From Octopus vulgaris (Eukaryota): 64,000 bases of DNA. Made by a program: the position numbers and the translations under genes. The notes under the pieces are model-generated. The model was not told the origin of the DNA. It ran no database searches and saw nothing but the letters and a program-made list of their open reading frames with translations. The stretch is from NCBI GenBank assembly GCA_951406725.2, contig OX597814.1, positions 28,954,001 to 29,018,000 on the forward strand, read 5' to 3'. Below, one piece after another: positions 26,042 to 41,134 of this stretch (position 1 is the stretch's first letter; each line of letters begins with the position of its first letter).

Positions 26042-26607
26042 CCGGGGTCTTCACCCAGTTTTTCTATGGATCCCTATTATTTTATTCTTGTGCATTCCCA
26101 TAATCATTCAATGTTTAAAAATTAGTTTTATAGAAACTTCTTTCAAAATTCCTATTTTGCTATTCACACGACTTGTGTAGATTGAACTGTAAAATGGTAA
26201 AGAAGCCTAACTTTTTCTTGTAATACACACCAATACATACATCTAAAGCAAAATTTTTTCTGGGAGCCTTGAAATATTATTGTGGATCTCGAGTTTACTA
26301 TTTTGTTGCATAAATAAAATAAATGCGCCCTTTTAAAACCTATCCAGGCTCATGGGCCCGGTTTCCCGGTTTCAATGGCGTATGTGTTCCCCAGCTGGAC
26401 GGGACGCCAGTCCATCGCAGCGTTACTCATTTTTGCCAGCTGAGTTGACTGGAGCAACGTGAAATGAAGTGTTTTGCTCAAGAACACAACGCGTCACCCC
26501 GTCCAGGAATCGAAACCACAATCTTGCGATCATGATGCTGACACCTTAACCACAAAAATCTTATATGGACCCTCAGGAGTCATATGGACTCCAGTTGAGA
26601 ATCACTG
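26042..26607. mobile_element. hAT-type MITE with nested SINE
   Basis: Right end gttgagaatcactg (cagtgattctcaac TIR); 8-bp TSD gtgtagat/gtgttgat (7/8 match); homologous to 40230-41545 (shared aatcattcaatgtttaaaaa). Confidence 0.75.
26322..26553 (-). mobile_element. SINE H2+T2
   Basis: Minus: H2 head/body then gctgcgatggactggcgtcccgtccagctgggg...gggcccatgagcctgg...ttttaaaagggcgca. Confidence 0.85.
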
Positions 26608-28209
26608 GTGTTGATGGAGATACCAATGGTATGAAAATATGGAGGTTTAGAAATAATTTTTTGAGCTATGGAAATGATTATTAAGATAGGAGCCATGGGG
26701 TGGATAATTGCTGTGTTCAGGAAGAATTGGTTGGAGTATATAGAAGAGAGTCTAGAAGGAGGTAATTCAGCTGTATGGGAGAACTTATTTAAGGATGGGT
26801 TACTTAGGAAATTCCAAATGTTGAGTAATTGTGAATGTGAGAAGCAAATATCTTGAGCATAGGATAGGTAAAAATGAGTTTATTTTGACATTGTTGTTGT
26901 TGACCCAAAGTTAGATCTAATTCGAAATAACTTATTATCAAAGACGTTCCAGCCGTGAACATCCGTATTTTTTTGGACATGATGTATCTAGAACATTATC
27001 AAATGCAAATTTCCTTTTTTTAAAAAAAAACGGAAGGAAGATTTGCTTGCATTTGCTAGCAGTTTAACCGCGTAGAGGCTCCTAGTTGGCTTGTATCCCA
27101 TTGACAGTAAATACGGAAGCGTGGAAAGAATTATTTAAGGCATGTAGTAGATAGGAGTTTCCTAGGAGTGGCTAAGTGTGGGGATGAAGAACAGATGAAG
27201 AATGGGGTAGGTTTTTTTTTATCGAAGTGAGCGGATAATACTTAGATCAAGGTGCATAGATATAAAGTCTTATTATGGATGCTTATGGTGGTGAAGGCGA
27301 ATTGTTTAGGACATAGAATAAAGAGGTGAAATAAAGAGAATGGAGCAAGTTTCTTATGTTGGGTAAATATTCACGTTATGAGATATTGCATAAATCTATG
27401 AACATAGATAGAAAGTGCTTTATTGTGAATAATTATGGAGGTGAGGAAGAATTGCTTAGGACATGGAATAAAGAGGTAGCGGAGAGGAATAATGAGTAAA
27501 GAGAAGGTTCCTAAAAGTAGGAAATATGGAGATGAGAAGAAATGTTTATAGCATTAGATAGAAAGGATGAACCAAGGACAGGAAACAATTCTTTATATTG
27601 GAGAAATATGGAGATGTTAGACGAAATTCTTTGTTGTTATTGTTCAGATCTAATTTTACCCTCACAGAGTAGACTTCTGATCAAAGGTGTTCCAGTCTTG
27701 ACCATACCATCTTTTTACAGGCATAACGTGTCTCAGACCATATCATCTTATGGATTGTTTTTAAAAGATGGTAGTGTGTGATTTTTGAGGAACATTTAGC
27801 TGTTATTTCTAGCTATTTAATCGACTGTGTTAGAGGCTTCCGCGTTGGCTTGTGACACAAACCTATTTTAGCATAAGGTACTGGGGTATGAATCTGATAG
27901 GGTTTACTTATACTGGACATTGGTAAAGTGGAGGTTTTAAGGTGGATAAATGCAGAAGCTAAAGATACTAGTTCGGGACTTGAAACCGGAGGTTCCTTGT
28001 TGAGGGTAACTGTAGAGAAGGAAGGAATTGGTGAAAGCCTAGGGTTGATAAGAAGTGGGTACATAGGCGGTAAAGCAGAATTGGTTAGGGCATGGTGTAG
28101 ATAGAGAGTTATTCTGGGTAGATAAATGTGGAGGGGAGGATAAATTGGTTAGGGTTTGGAGTTTAAAAAAAATGGGACGCTTTACTCTGGAGTGGGTTGG
28201 TAGTTGTAG

Positions 28210-28240
<31 letters not shown>

Positions 28241-29220
28241 TGTGTGTGTGTGTGCACGCACGCGCGTATGTTTGTGTGTGTGTGAGAGTGTGCATGTGTG
28301 TGTGTGTGCGTACACATGTGCGTGTGTGTGGGCTTGTGTGTGTGAATGAAAGAGAAATGGAGGGGGAAAAGTTGGTAAAGTTGATAAGTGGCTTCTTTGG
28401 GATGGGCAGGAGTCAGGGTGGAGGCGAGAAGAAAAGGCAGGATGTTGTGGGGTGGGGTGGGGTAAAAGGCTCCTTTGGGTAAGGTGGAGGGAAAAAAAAA
28501 GGAATGAAAGAGAGGTAGGGTGGGAAGGGGGAGTTTTCTTAGGGTAGGAACTGGCGGGGTTCGGTTATAGTGTAGGGGTGAGAGGAACTGAGAGGGTATG
28601 GGTGGTAAAATTGGGAGGTTGGTGTGTGTTGGCGTGGGGCGGGGGAATAGGAAGGTTGATGGGTTTGAGGTGTTGGAGAACCGGTGTGACGTGGGGCGAG
28701 AAGCTTCCTTACAGTGTAGGGTGAGGAAGGAGGGCGAGTACAGTCGACAGACGAGAGGAGGGAGGTCATGTGGAAAGGGAGGCCATGCCGGGAGGAAGGG
28801 AGGTAATAGATGTGTGCGTTCCATGTGTGTGTAGGAGTCCTTTCATGTGTATGTTCATACAAATACACACACACACACACACATACACACACACACACAC
28901 ATACACACACACATACACAGACATGTACGTGTAAGTATGGGTGTTTGCATTTATGAAAACGCATACACACACTCACACACACACACACACACACACACAC
29001 ATCTATGACATGTGTACGTACGTATGTTAGCGAATGCATGTGTGTACAAAGCACACAATTTATATGTGTGTGTGTGTGTGTGTGCGTGAATGCATGTCTG
29101 TCTATGTTTGTGTATGTCCATGTAGTATGATTGTATACACGCCGCGCGCGCACACACACACACACTCACACACATATATATGTGTGTGTATGCATGTATA
29201 TATAGATATCTGTATGTGTG

Positions 29221-29288
<68 letters not shown>

Positions 29289-29308
29289 GATATCTGTGTC
29301 TGTGTCTG

Positions 29309-29339
<31 letters not shown>

Positions 29340-29889
29340 AATATATATATATGTATGTATATATATATATATATATATATAGATATATATATAGATATAT
29401 ATGTGTATAATCTGTGGGTGTATACATCTATAAATATATATTTATGCTTACACACTAATAAATGTACACCTACATACACATAAATACATATATGGGCTTG
29501 TGTGTGTATGTACCCTTGTATGTGTATGTAAGCATGTATATGTGTAAGCCTGTATATGTGTGTATATACATGCGTATGTATGCATGTATGTATCTATGTA
29601 TGTATGATGGGTGGGGAGGATATGTTGCCGGTGGAGAAGGGGTAAAAATAGGATAGATAGTTTGGGGAGGTAGGTGACTGCTTAAGCCAGCTGGGGGTAT
29701 CGGTTGCGTGTGTATATATGTACGTGTGGGTGAATTTAAGTCTGTACGCATGTATTTATCAATGCGTTTGCGTGCGTAGGTTTACATGCGTATGTGCTTA
29801 AGTTTATGTGCATGTATCTCCACCTCCCCACCCTTGTCTCTCTCTACTCGCACACACACTCATACATGTATATATATATATATATATAT

Positions 29890-30294
29890 ACTCGTTTACT
29901 CTTTTACTCTTTTCAGTCATTTGACTGCGGCCATGCTGGAGCACCGCCTTTTAGTCGAGCAAATCGACCCCGGGACTTATTCTTTGTAAGCCCATTACCA
30001 ATTCTATCGGTCTCTTTTGCCGAACCGCTAAGTGACGGGGACGTAAACACACCAGCATCGGTTGTCAAGCAATGCTAGGGGGACAAACAGACACACAAAC
30101 ACACATACATATATATATATATACATATATACGACAGGCTTCTTTCAGTTTCCGTCTACCAAATCCACTCACAAGGCATTGGTCGGCCCGGGGCTATAGC
30201 AGAAGACACTTGCCCAAGATGCCACGCAGTGGGACTGAACCCGCAACCATGTGGTTGGTTAGCAAGCTACTTACCACACAGCCACTCCTGCGCC
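29890..30294 (-). mobile_element. SINE family A, full length
   Basis: Reverse complement of 19380-19790. Confidence 0.92.
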
Positions 30295-30386
<92 letters not shown>

Positions 30387-30440
30387 CACCCACCACACAC
30401 TCACACATATACTTTTATTCACACACATTTACTTACAGGA

Positions 30441-30758
30441 GCGCAGGAGTGGCTGTGTGGTAAGTAGCTTGTTTAGCAACCACATGGTTCCGGGTTCAGT
30501 CCCACTGCGTGGCACCTTGGGCAAGTGTCTTCTACTATGGCCTCGTGTGTGTTTGTGTGTCTGTGTTTGTCCCCCTAGCATTGCTTGACAACCGTTGCTG
30601 GTGTGTTTATGTCCCTGTTACTTAGCGGTTCGGCAAAAGAGACCGATAGAATAAGTACTGGGCTTACAAAAGTATAAGTCCCGAGGTCGAGTTGCTCGAT
30701 TAAAGGCGGTGCTCCAGCATGGCCGCAGTCAAATGACTGAAACAAGTGTAAAAAGAGT
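30441..30758 (+). mobile_element. SINE family A with internal deletion
   Basis: Head joins directly to the TG tract at ~30545, skipping the gccttgtgagtggatttgg segment. Confidence 0.88.
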
Positions 30759-30945
30759 ATACACACACACACACATACACACAAGACATATAATGAAAGA
30801 GAAGAAGGTAGAGGGAGGGGAGGGAGAAGGGGAGACGTATGTGTGGTTGATCAGTTAGGAAATTCACTTCACAGTAATGAGGTCCCGGTTTCTATCCTAC
30901 TACGGGACGTCGTGGACAAACGTCTTGGACATTTTCATCAATATA

Positions 30946-31562
<617 letters not shown>

Positions 31563-31845
31563 ATAATATCGAATTGCCCCATACCATAGTAGCGATCTTG
31601 GGTTGAAAGAAACAGCATTTAAGCCCATCGGGTGGATTATGCAATGTAATCCAAGAATTGTCACGCTGAGTCTCTCTGAAAATTATATTAAGATTATACT
31701 TGTCTGTGGAATACTCAGCCACTTAGATTGTTCAATGAACAGGTTATTCAGTTGATCGAACAACAAAGACATCATTAAAAGATGGAGAACTATACACACA
31801 TATACTTATAAATACGCGCGCGCGCACTCGCACATGCGCACGTGT

Positions 31846-31996
31846 AGGCGAGACTGTAAAAAATTTACTTCCCGGCCACATGATTCAGAGTTCAGTCCCA
31901 CTGCGTGGTGAGTTGGGCAAGTGTCTTCTACTATAGCCTTAGGCCGACCAAAAGTCCTGTGAGTGGATTTGGTTGACGGAAACTGAAAGAAGTCCG

Positions 31997-32070
<74 letters not shown>

Positions 32071-32314
32071 TGTTCACCATCAGGCTTGACACCGGTGTTA
32101 GTGTGTTTACGTTCCCATAAAAAAAACCGTGCTGGAACACCACCTTTATGAATTTTAATCGAACGAATCGACCCCAGCAATTTTTTAAAACCTGGTATGG
32201 AATCCTTTTGCCAAACCTCTAACGTTACGGGGACGTAAACACACCAACAATAGTTATCAAATTGTGATGGGGATCAATACACTTACAAACACACTACACA
32301 CACCACACACACGC

Positions 32315-32368
<54 letters not shown>

Positions 32369-32556
32369 ATGTATATGTATATATATGTATATATATATAT
32401 ATACACGACGGGCTTCTTTCAGTTTCCATCTATAAAATCTACTCACTTGGCTTTGGTCGGCCTGAGGTTATCGCAGAAGGCACTTGCGCAAAGGTGTCAC
32501 GCAGTGGGATTGAACCCAGGACCATATGATTGGGAAGCAAACTTCTTATTACACAG
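31846..32556. mobile_element. Two diverged SINE family A copies, tail-to-tail (+ 31846-~32125; - ~32126-32556)
   Basis: Family A motifs in both orientations. Confidence 0.75.
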
Positions 32557-32616
32557 GAACGGCTTTTGTCCAAATTGCTTTGTAGTGGGAACGAACGCAG
32601 GACCTCATAGCTGCGA

Positions 32617-32920
32617 TAAAAAAAAAAACGTCGCCCTTTTCAAGCTTAGCCAGGCTCATGGGCCCGGTTTCCCGGTTTCTGTGGCGTATGTGTTCCCCCC
32701 AGCTGGACGAGACGCCAGTACATCGCAGCGTTACTCAAGAAACAAAAAGAAAGAATGAGAGAAAGTTGGGGCGAAAGAGTACAACAGGGGTCGCCACCAG
32801 CCCCTGCCGGAGCATCGTGGAGCTTTTGGGTGTTTTCGCTCAATAAACACACAGAACGCCCGGTCTGGGAATCGAAACCGCGATCCTCCGACCGCGAGCC
32901 ACTGGGCTATTGCACTTCCA
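32617..32920 (-). mobile_element. SINE H1+T2
   Basis: H1 body plus T2 tail; 13-bp TSD ctcatagctgcga (32604, 32921). Confidence 0.9.
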
Positions 32921-33319
32921 CTCATAGCTGCGAAGCGAACCTATTAACCAATCAAATATACATGCGTCTCTCTCCTCCTTGTGTCTTCTACCCTCTCTCG
33001 CTCTGTCCCTCCCTTCTATGTCTCTGTCTGTCTGTCTATCTTTATCTATCTTTTCTTTCTCTATTTCATCTATACATTGAATGCGTATGCATGTCTATAA
33101 GTAAACATCTGTGATTGTGTAAACGGAAGAGAGAGAGAGAGAGAGAGAGGGGCTGCGTATGTGACGATTGTGTACATGAGAGTTCCTATATGTTCATTCG
33201 CACGTGTGTATATGTGCGTATGTACGCATTACCTAATTTTGTTTATATGTGTACGTGTGCACATATTTTTGAATACACATGTATTTATGTTTGCTTGCGC
33301 AAGGCAAGGGAGGTAATTA

Positions 33320-36300
33320 TGGCTGTTGTAATAATAGTAGTCATGGTAGTAACATTGTTACAGTAGTAGTAGTAGTAGTATTTGTAGTGGTGGTGGTAGA
33401 GGGATGTCGGTTGATAGTGATGTTATTGATCTCATGGTTTTGGCTGTTGTTTTTCAGCCCCAGGTTAGCCTGATCCGGGAAAACCTTTGAGTATGAGTGA
33501 GGATAGACGTTTCAGCTGAGACGAAACCCATCTTATTTCATGCGACGTTGTATCTGGGACTACATGATCTACTGCGTCTTTTCTTAGTAATTTCAAGGAT
33601 ATTTGACTGCTATATCTAGCAGAACTAGTGACCACATAGACACTTTCTCGCTGGCGCTATTGGTATAAATAAGAGTTTGTAAGGATGGCTGTGGCGTTAC
33701 GTTACTCAGGTTACTGGCGGTGGCGGCGGCGGTGGTGGCGGTGGTGGTGGCGGCGGTGACGGTGGCGACGGTGGCGGTGGTGGTGGTGGTGGTTGGTGTT
33801 AGGTGGTGACAGTTGGGATGGTAGCTGCGTTATTGCGCTGCTACTGTTGGGCTGTGGTTGTGAGGCGGCGGTAACGACGTTAACGGTTTACACTGCGGTT
33901 GGTAACGATAGTGTTACGGCGTTGCTGCTGCTGCTGCTGATGGTGGTAGTGATAGTATGGCGGCGGCGGTGGTGATGATGTTATTGCGCTGTAGTGATCG
34001 TGTTGCGATAGTGTTGATAGCGTTGTTATGCTACCATTCATAGTAGTATTTTGAATAGTAAATAGTAGCGCTGCTGCTGCTGCTGTTGTTGTTGTTATTG
34101 TTGCTGTTGTTATTATTGTTTTTGTTGTTGTTGTTGTTGGTGGTGGTGGTGACTTTGCCTTCCGTTCTTTCGGGATCGATGAAATAAGTACCAGTTAAGC
34201 ACTAAGGGTTCGATGTAATTGGCTAGCTCGACCCCCCCCCACCAAATCTCAGGCCTGATAAAGGATTTAATCACCAACAGGGGGGATAGGAGGGATCAGT
34301 GCCCGTGAACCTCTTCAGGCTCTCCGAGAATATATGGAAGAGAGAAAGGCTGTCAGCCTCTCATCCTCAAACTGGAAACTTAACTCGAATCTTTGCAAAA
34401 GAATGGACGGAGCTAACTTACCCAAGAACCAAACCGGCGGAGTTTGCAACAGAGCGACGAGTCAAGTCTACTATTCAAGTGAATGACTGGATTTGAACTC
34501 AGAACTTGAAGAGCGGGGAGGAACAAATGCGGCAAGGCAATCTAATGAAACTGGCCTCGACTGGTGCTTTATTTATATCAACCCCAGGCGTACAAAAGAC
34601 GAAGGTCATTTTGACTGTTATTGAACTCACAGTGCAAGGAAACTAGTATTAATTGTGCAAGGTATGTCATCTGTCACTGAAACGCCTTTGCCAATACGCT
34701 GCAGAATGGATACGTTAGTGGTGATGGTGGTGGTTGTGATAGCGTTGTAAGCGTGGCTGTCCGTGTGATCGAGAAACAGCGGTAATTACGTTGGCGTTGT
34801 AGCGTTACTGTTGTGAAATCTATGAGGTGGGACGTTCAAGCAGTGACAAATCCATCTTCATCCATTGCCTTTCCATTGTAATTTGAGGAATATTTGGTTG
34901 TGATAGTTTTGTAGTATTGCTTATACTAATGGTTGTACGGTAGCGATGGTTGTGAAGGCGATATAGTGTTACGGCTGGTTGTGTTACTAAGGTGTTGTTG
35001 GTTACAATGGCGTTGTTGCTGGAAGCGTTATTACTTGTAGTGGTGGTAGTAATGTTTGTGATGGTATTGTAGCTTTGTTGTTGGTAGAGGGAAAGTAGCG
35101 GTGATAATGATGATTGTGGTGGTAAAAATGTTGTTGGTATCAGTAACGTACAGACGGTGGATGTTTGGCTGCTTTGGTTGTGAAAGCGTTGTTACATTGC
35201 TGCCGTCAGTACACAGCTGTTAGTATGGCGGTGGTGGTTGTGATGGCGTTGTAGCGTTCTTGCCGGTTGCGGTGGTGTCATTGTACTGAGTGAAGGCGTT
35301 GTAGCGTTGCTGTTGGTAGGAGCGTTGTGGCGATGGCGGTTGTAGTAACGTTGTAACGTTGTCGTTGCTAGCCGTGGTGTGGTGATGGTGGTTGTGGTGA
35401 CGTTATAGCATTGTTGTTGGCAGCGTGAAGGCGTTACAGCGTTGCTGTACGTAGAAGAGCGTTGGTAGCTGTTGGTAGTAGTGTGATGGTGATTGTTATG
35501 ACATGGGTAGCGGTGGTAGCCGTGGTGTTACGATGGTGGTCGTGGTGGCGTCGTAGCGATGTTTCTGTTAGCAGTGGTGCGGTTGTACTGAATGTGAAGG
35601 CGTTGTAGCGTTGCTGTTGTTGTTTGTGGTGGTGGTGGTGGTGGTGGTGGTGGTGGTGGTATGGAGATGGTGGTTGCGATGGAGTTATATCGTTACCGAG
35701 GTGATGGCGTTGGTTGTGTCGGTGGTGGTGATGGCTGTGGTAGCAGCGTCATAGCATTGCTTTCGATACTAACGGTTGCTACATCGGTGGTGATGGTGGT
35801 GGTGGTGGTGGTGGCGGTTGTAAAGATGGTTGTTTTCGTTGTTGTAGTCGTTGCTGTTATTGATGTTATTGTTGTTGGTGGTGGTGAAGGTGGTGGTGGT
35901 GGTGGTGGTGGTGGTGTGATATCCTTATTGTGAGTAGCGGAAATGTAGCGGTGATGGTGATGCTGCTGGTGATTGAGGTAATGGGAGCGTTATAGCTTTG
36001 TTGTTGGCGGTATTTGAGTAGCAGTGATGCTGCTGCTGGTGATGATACTGGTGATAGTGATGGTTGCGACGGTTGTGGTGGTGGTTACGGCGGTGGTGAC
36101 GATGTGGCGTTATTATGTTGCTGTTGACGGTGTTAAATGTTAAATGGTCATAACATATATTGCCTGGCTCACTGTAGATGTTGTTGCTGTTGTTGATGTT
36201 GTTGTCGTTTACCTCAAGTCGTGCCTGATCCAGACTTTAGCCACAAAGCAGAACCATGATCAAGGATACTTAAACCTTGGCTGCCTCGTTTCTTATTCAG

Positions 36301-36796
36301 ATAAAACTATCCCCCACCCTTTCTTTTTCTTTTTTTTTCTTTTAAAACTGTAGGATTATGGTTTCCGGGGAATTTGGCTGCGTTTGCTAGCAGATCAAGC
36401 TACTATGTACATGTTCATGTTATTCGTGGCGGCGGTGGTAGTGGTGGTAGTGGTGGTGGTGGTGGTGGTGTAAGTGGTGGTGGTGTAAGTGGTGGTGGTG
36501 GTGGTGGTGTAAGTGGTGGTGGTGTAAGTGGTGGTGGTGTAAGTGGTGGTGGTGGTGGTGGTGTAAGTGGTGGTGGTGGTGTAAGTGGTGGTGGTGGTGG
36601 TGTAAGTGGTGGTGGTGGTGGTGGTGGTGGTGGTGGTGGTGGTGTGGTGGTGGTGGTGGTGGTGGTGGTGGTGGTGGTGGTGTAAGTGGTGGTGGTGTAA
36701 GTGGTGGTGGTGGTGGTGGTGGTGGTGGTGTAAGTGGTGGTGGAGTAAGTGGTGGTGGTGGTGGTGTACTTGGTGCATTATTTGCTGTCTTCGTTG

Positions 36797-36839
<43 letters not shown>

Positions 36840-37330
36840 AAGCTTTGGGTACGATGATTATGATACAAGGCATTCCAGGCATGACCATCCCAATTTTTTT
36901 TTTTACCTGAGACTATATTATGTAATGTATCCTTCCGTTTTAAAGACGCTACAATGTGATTTGAGGGCTATTTGACTATTATTTTAAGTAGGTCGAGTGA
37001 CATTGATAGTAATGGTGGCGATGGTGCTGCAGTTTCGCTACGGATCAATTTTGATCGAGCAGACCTTTGATCAAAGACATTTCAACCGTGTCCACATCTT
37101 ACCATTTAAACGTAGGCTCCATCCAGGACCACATGCAGCAACGTGTCCTTTCCCTTAAGGCCGTTATAGTGATTATAGTGATGGTGAAGTTGATAATGGT
37201 GGTTATGTGGCTGCTGATGGTGGTGGCAGTGGTGGTGGTGCCGCTGGTAGTGGTGATGTTGGACATAGTGATGGTCACGTTATTGACTGAGAGGAATACG
37301 ATGGTCAACGGGGTGATTATTGTCATTATC
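33320..37330. repeat. Long degenerate (GGT/GTT/GTA)n low-complexity tract, with a GGTGGTGTAAGT-type array at 36430-36770
   Basis: Direct reading; strongly G+T biased plus strand. Confidence 0.9.
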
Positions 37331-37562
37331 AAGCGGGGTGGATTGGCACAATCTTTAGAGTGTCGGTCAAAATGCTATGCGGTACTAATTCCAGTTCTTT
37401 AGAGCCAGAGTTTAAATGCTGCTAAGGTCAACTATTGCTTTCCATCATTTCGAGGACAATAACAATAAAGTACAGTCAAGCACTTTAGCCGATACGATCG
37501 GCTAAATACCGCGCCCCACATCTCAAATTTCAGGCATTTTGCTTAGTCTATGAACTATTCTT

Positions 37563-38420
37563 AAGGGCAATGAGTTGGCAGAATTGTTAGAGCGTTGTGA
37601 AGGCGGTGTGCTGGCAGAATCGTTACACGCCGGGCGAAATGCTTAGCGGTATTTCGTCTGCCGTTACGTTGTGAGTTCAAATTCCGCCGAGGTCGACTTT
37701 GCATTTCATCCTTTCGGGGTCGATAAATTAAGTACCAGTTAAGCACTGGGGTCGATATAATCGACTTAATACCTATGTCTGTCCATGTTTGTCCCCTCTA
37801 TGTGGGTAATAAAGAAATAGGTATTTCGTCTGCCGTTACGTTCTGAGTTCAAATTCCGCCGAGGTCGACTTTGCCTTTCATCCTTTCGGGGTCGATAAAT
37901 TAAGTACCAGTTACACACTGGGGTCGATATAATCAACTTAATCCCTTTGTCTGTCCTTGCTTGTCCCCTCTGTGTTTAACCCCTTGTAGGCAATAAAGAA
38001 ATAAGAATTGTTAGACCTTTGGGCAAAATGACCTGCGATAAATGTTGCAGATCTCTATGTTCTAGGTTCAAATCCCGTGGAGATCGATTTTACCTTTTAT
38101 CCTTCCAGGATCGATAAAATAAAGTAGCAGTCAGATACTAAAGTCGATGTACTGGACTAACTCCCCGAAATATCTGGCTTTCTGCTATAATTAAAAAGGA
38201 CTTTAATGGCGACAAACTGGCAGAATCGCTCGAGCATAGGAAAAAATGCCTTCAGGTATTCATGGTATCTCTTTACAGTTTAAGTTCAATTCCAACCGGG
38301 TTAACTTTTTGCCTTTCATCCTTTCGGGGGTCGACAAAATGAAGTACCAGTAGAGTGCTGAGGTCGATGTGCTCGATCGATAAACCCCTCGTCGGAATAA
38401 ATGCCTTGCGGTATTTGTTC
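37563..38420 (+). mobile_element. Cluster of nested SINE family B copies; young dimer ~37598-38002 inside an older copy
   Basis: Central domain repeated; TSD agaattgttaga at 37580 and 38003; an inverted fragment at ~38280-38375. Confidence 0.85.
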
Positions 38421-38432
38421 CGTCTTTTTTCT

Positions 38433-38917
38433 TTTTATCTTTTATTCTTTTATTTGTTTCAGTCATTTGACTGCGCCCTGCTGGAACACCGTCTTTAGTC
38501 GAGCAAATCGACCCCAGGACTTATTCTTTGTAAGCCTAGTACTTATTCTGTCGGTCTCTCTTGCCGAACCGCTAAATTACGGGGTCGTAGATGCACCAGC
38601 ATCGGTTGTCAAGCGATGTTGGGGGCACAAACACACACACACAATATAACATATATATATATATATATGATAGATCGCCATGATAGATCGTTGGCCACTA
38701 CACACATTTTTTCTCTCCCTTTTTCTCTCCTTTTTTCTCTCTTTTTTTCTCTCCTTTTCCCTCTCCTTGTTTCTCTCCTTGTTTTTTCTGGGTCCCCTTT
38801 CTGTAGAAGAGCGTAGGCTTGAAACGTAAAAGACTTTTTTCTATTCTTGAGCGTTATACTAATACAGCTGTTTGTTTTGTACACCACCTGTCTTCGTCTT
38901 TTGTTTTCTTTCGTAAA

Positions 38918-39011
<94 letters not shown>

Positions 39012-39171
39012 TACGGGCTTCTTTCAGTTTCCGCCAACCAAATCCACTAACAAGGCTTTGGTCGACCCGAGGCTATAGTAGAGGACACTTCCCCAAGGTG
39101 TCACGCAGTGGGAGTGAACCCGGAACCATGTGTTTGGCAAGCAAACTAGTTACCACACAGCCACTCCTGCG
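38433..39171 (-). mobile_element. SINE family A split by an insertion
   Basis: Tail 38433-38640, head 39012-39171. Confidence 0.85.
38668..38918 (+). mobile_element. Short (TA)n-inserted element with hammerhead-like motif (38797-38832)
   Basis: CUUU-CUGUAGA-A-GAGC-GUAG-GCUU-GAAAC-GUA-AAAG; reverse-complement homolog of 17837-18160. Confidence 0.6.
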
Positions 39172-39547
39172 TTTCTTCACGTTCTGAGATCAAATTCCAC
39201 CCAAATCAACTTTGCTCTTAATCCTTTCCATCACCATACGATAAAGTACCAATTAAGAATTCAGGTTGATGGAATCAACTCACCTCTCACCGCCCACCGC
39301 CCACCGACCTCACAATTACTAGCCTTGTATGTATGTAAATCAGAAACCATAATTAGTGATGGTGAGGAGGCGGTAGGCATGCAGAATAGTCGGTGCGTTG
39401 AACAAAATGCTATGTGATATTTGGTTCATTTCTTTACGTACCGAATTCAAATTCCTCTCGAATCAATTTTTGATTTTCCTCCTTTCGGCGAGGTGGGGGG
39501 GGGGGTCGATAAAATAAAGTACTTGTCAAATATCGGAGTCGATAGTA

Positions 39548-39714
39548 TCTATTTCTTTACTACCCACAAGGGGCTAAACAAAGAGGGGACAAACAAGGAC
39601 GGACAAACGGATTAAGTCGATCATATCGACCCCAGTGCGTAACTGGTACTTATTTAATCGACCCCGAAAGGATGAAAGGCAAAGTCGACCTCGGCGGAAT
39701 TTGAACTCAGAACG
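39548..39714 (-). mobile_element. SINE family B, 5'-truncated, next to older B-like fragments
   Basis: ctatttctttactacccacaagggg...cctcggcggaatttgaactcagaacg. Confidence 0.88.
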
Positions 39715-39781
39715 TCTCATCCCCGGCCTTGTACGTGGATTAGAATCAATTGTATTAATAGTGGTGGTGGTGGTGGTGGTG

Positions 39782-39815
<34 letters not shown>

Positions 39816-40338
39816 CGATGATGATTGTAATAATGGAGTCGGTGGCGGCGACGATGCATTTGACGGTAGAGGTACGTGATGGTGCGGAGATGATATTATT
39901 GGTGTCATTGATTGTTAAACTGCAGCGACGATGTTGGTGGTAAGTGATAGATTTGATGGTAGAAATGTGGTGATGATGATGATGAGGATGATGATGATGA
40001 TGATGAGGTTGCTACAAGTTAGTTGATAAGTATGGATGGAAGTGATTTTTATGACGTCAACATTGTTGCTATGGTCGTAATCATTCCTTGACAACCATCC
40101 CGTTTCTTTCTGAAGCGCAGGATTACATTACGTAGCTCTCGTGTCTCTATTTGGATGACGATTATCCATGATGTTATTTGAGAAACATTTTTTACTGCCA
40201 CGCCTGAAAGCTCGAACGATCATATGGATCAGTGATTTTCAAGCGGGGATCCACATAAGATTTTGTTGTTAAAATATATCTCCAATAAATTGGATATGCT
40301 TTGACAATACACAAAATATCAAAACATTTTTATACATT

Positions 40339-40742
40339 ACTCTTTACTCTTTACTTGTTTCAGTCATTTGACTGCGGCCATGCTGGAGCACCGCCTTTAG
40401 TCGAGCAAATCGACCCCGGGACTTATTCTTTGTAAGCCCAGTACTTATTCTATCGGTCTCTTTTGCCGAACCGCTAAGTGACGGGGACGTAAACACACCA
40501 GCATCGGTTGTCAATCAATGCTAGGGGGACAAACACAGACACACAAACACACACATACATATATATATATACATATATACGACAGGCTTCTTTCAGTTTC
40601 CGTCTACCAAATCCACTCACAAGGCATTGGTCGGCCCGGGGCTATAGCAGAAGACACTTGCCCAAGATGCCACGCAGTGGGACTGAACCCGCAACCATGT
40701 GGTTGGTTAGCAAGCTACTTACCACACAGCCACTCCTGCGCC
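40339..40742 (-). mobile_element. SINE family A, full length
   Basis: Near-identical to 29890-30294. Confidence 0.92.
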
Positions 40743-40748
40743 TATATT

Positions 40749-41075
40749 TATTACATTTTACATTTGATAGATATTTGTCCTCCTCTTGTTTGTTGCTAGC
40801 ACAACGTTTCGGTTGATTTATCCTCCAGCTTTCTTCAGGTGCCTTGGGGAAATTTCGAACCTGGGTTCTCATTCCTAAGGTATTTTTCGATATTATTATT
40901 ATTGTTACTGTTCAGGTCACTGCTTGGAATCGAACTCGGTATCTTAGGGTTAGTAGCCCGCGCTCTTAACCACTACACACACAGTCACAGAGACACATAT
41001 ATGCTTATCCTGTTTTATTTCTATCTTAATCGTTTTATACATATACATACATACACACATATATGTGTGTGTGTA

Positions 41076-41134
<59 letters not shown>

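Noticed and set aside
30072-30467. Recurrent ORFs with [37 protein letters not shown] or FQSFDCGHAGAPP
   Set aside because: Antisense read-through of SINE family A; repeated because the SINE is repeated
34256-34496. Higher-complexity 240-bp block with a 65-aa ORF
   Set aside because: No recognisable motif; possibly a retroelement scrap between SINE fragments, but unsupported
36374-36868. Gly-rich and His/Thr-rich ORFs; also Pro/Thr-rich ORFs at 43471-44487
   Set aside because: Arise from (GGT)n/(CAC)n tracts open in several frames; no splice or domain evidence
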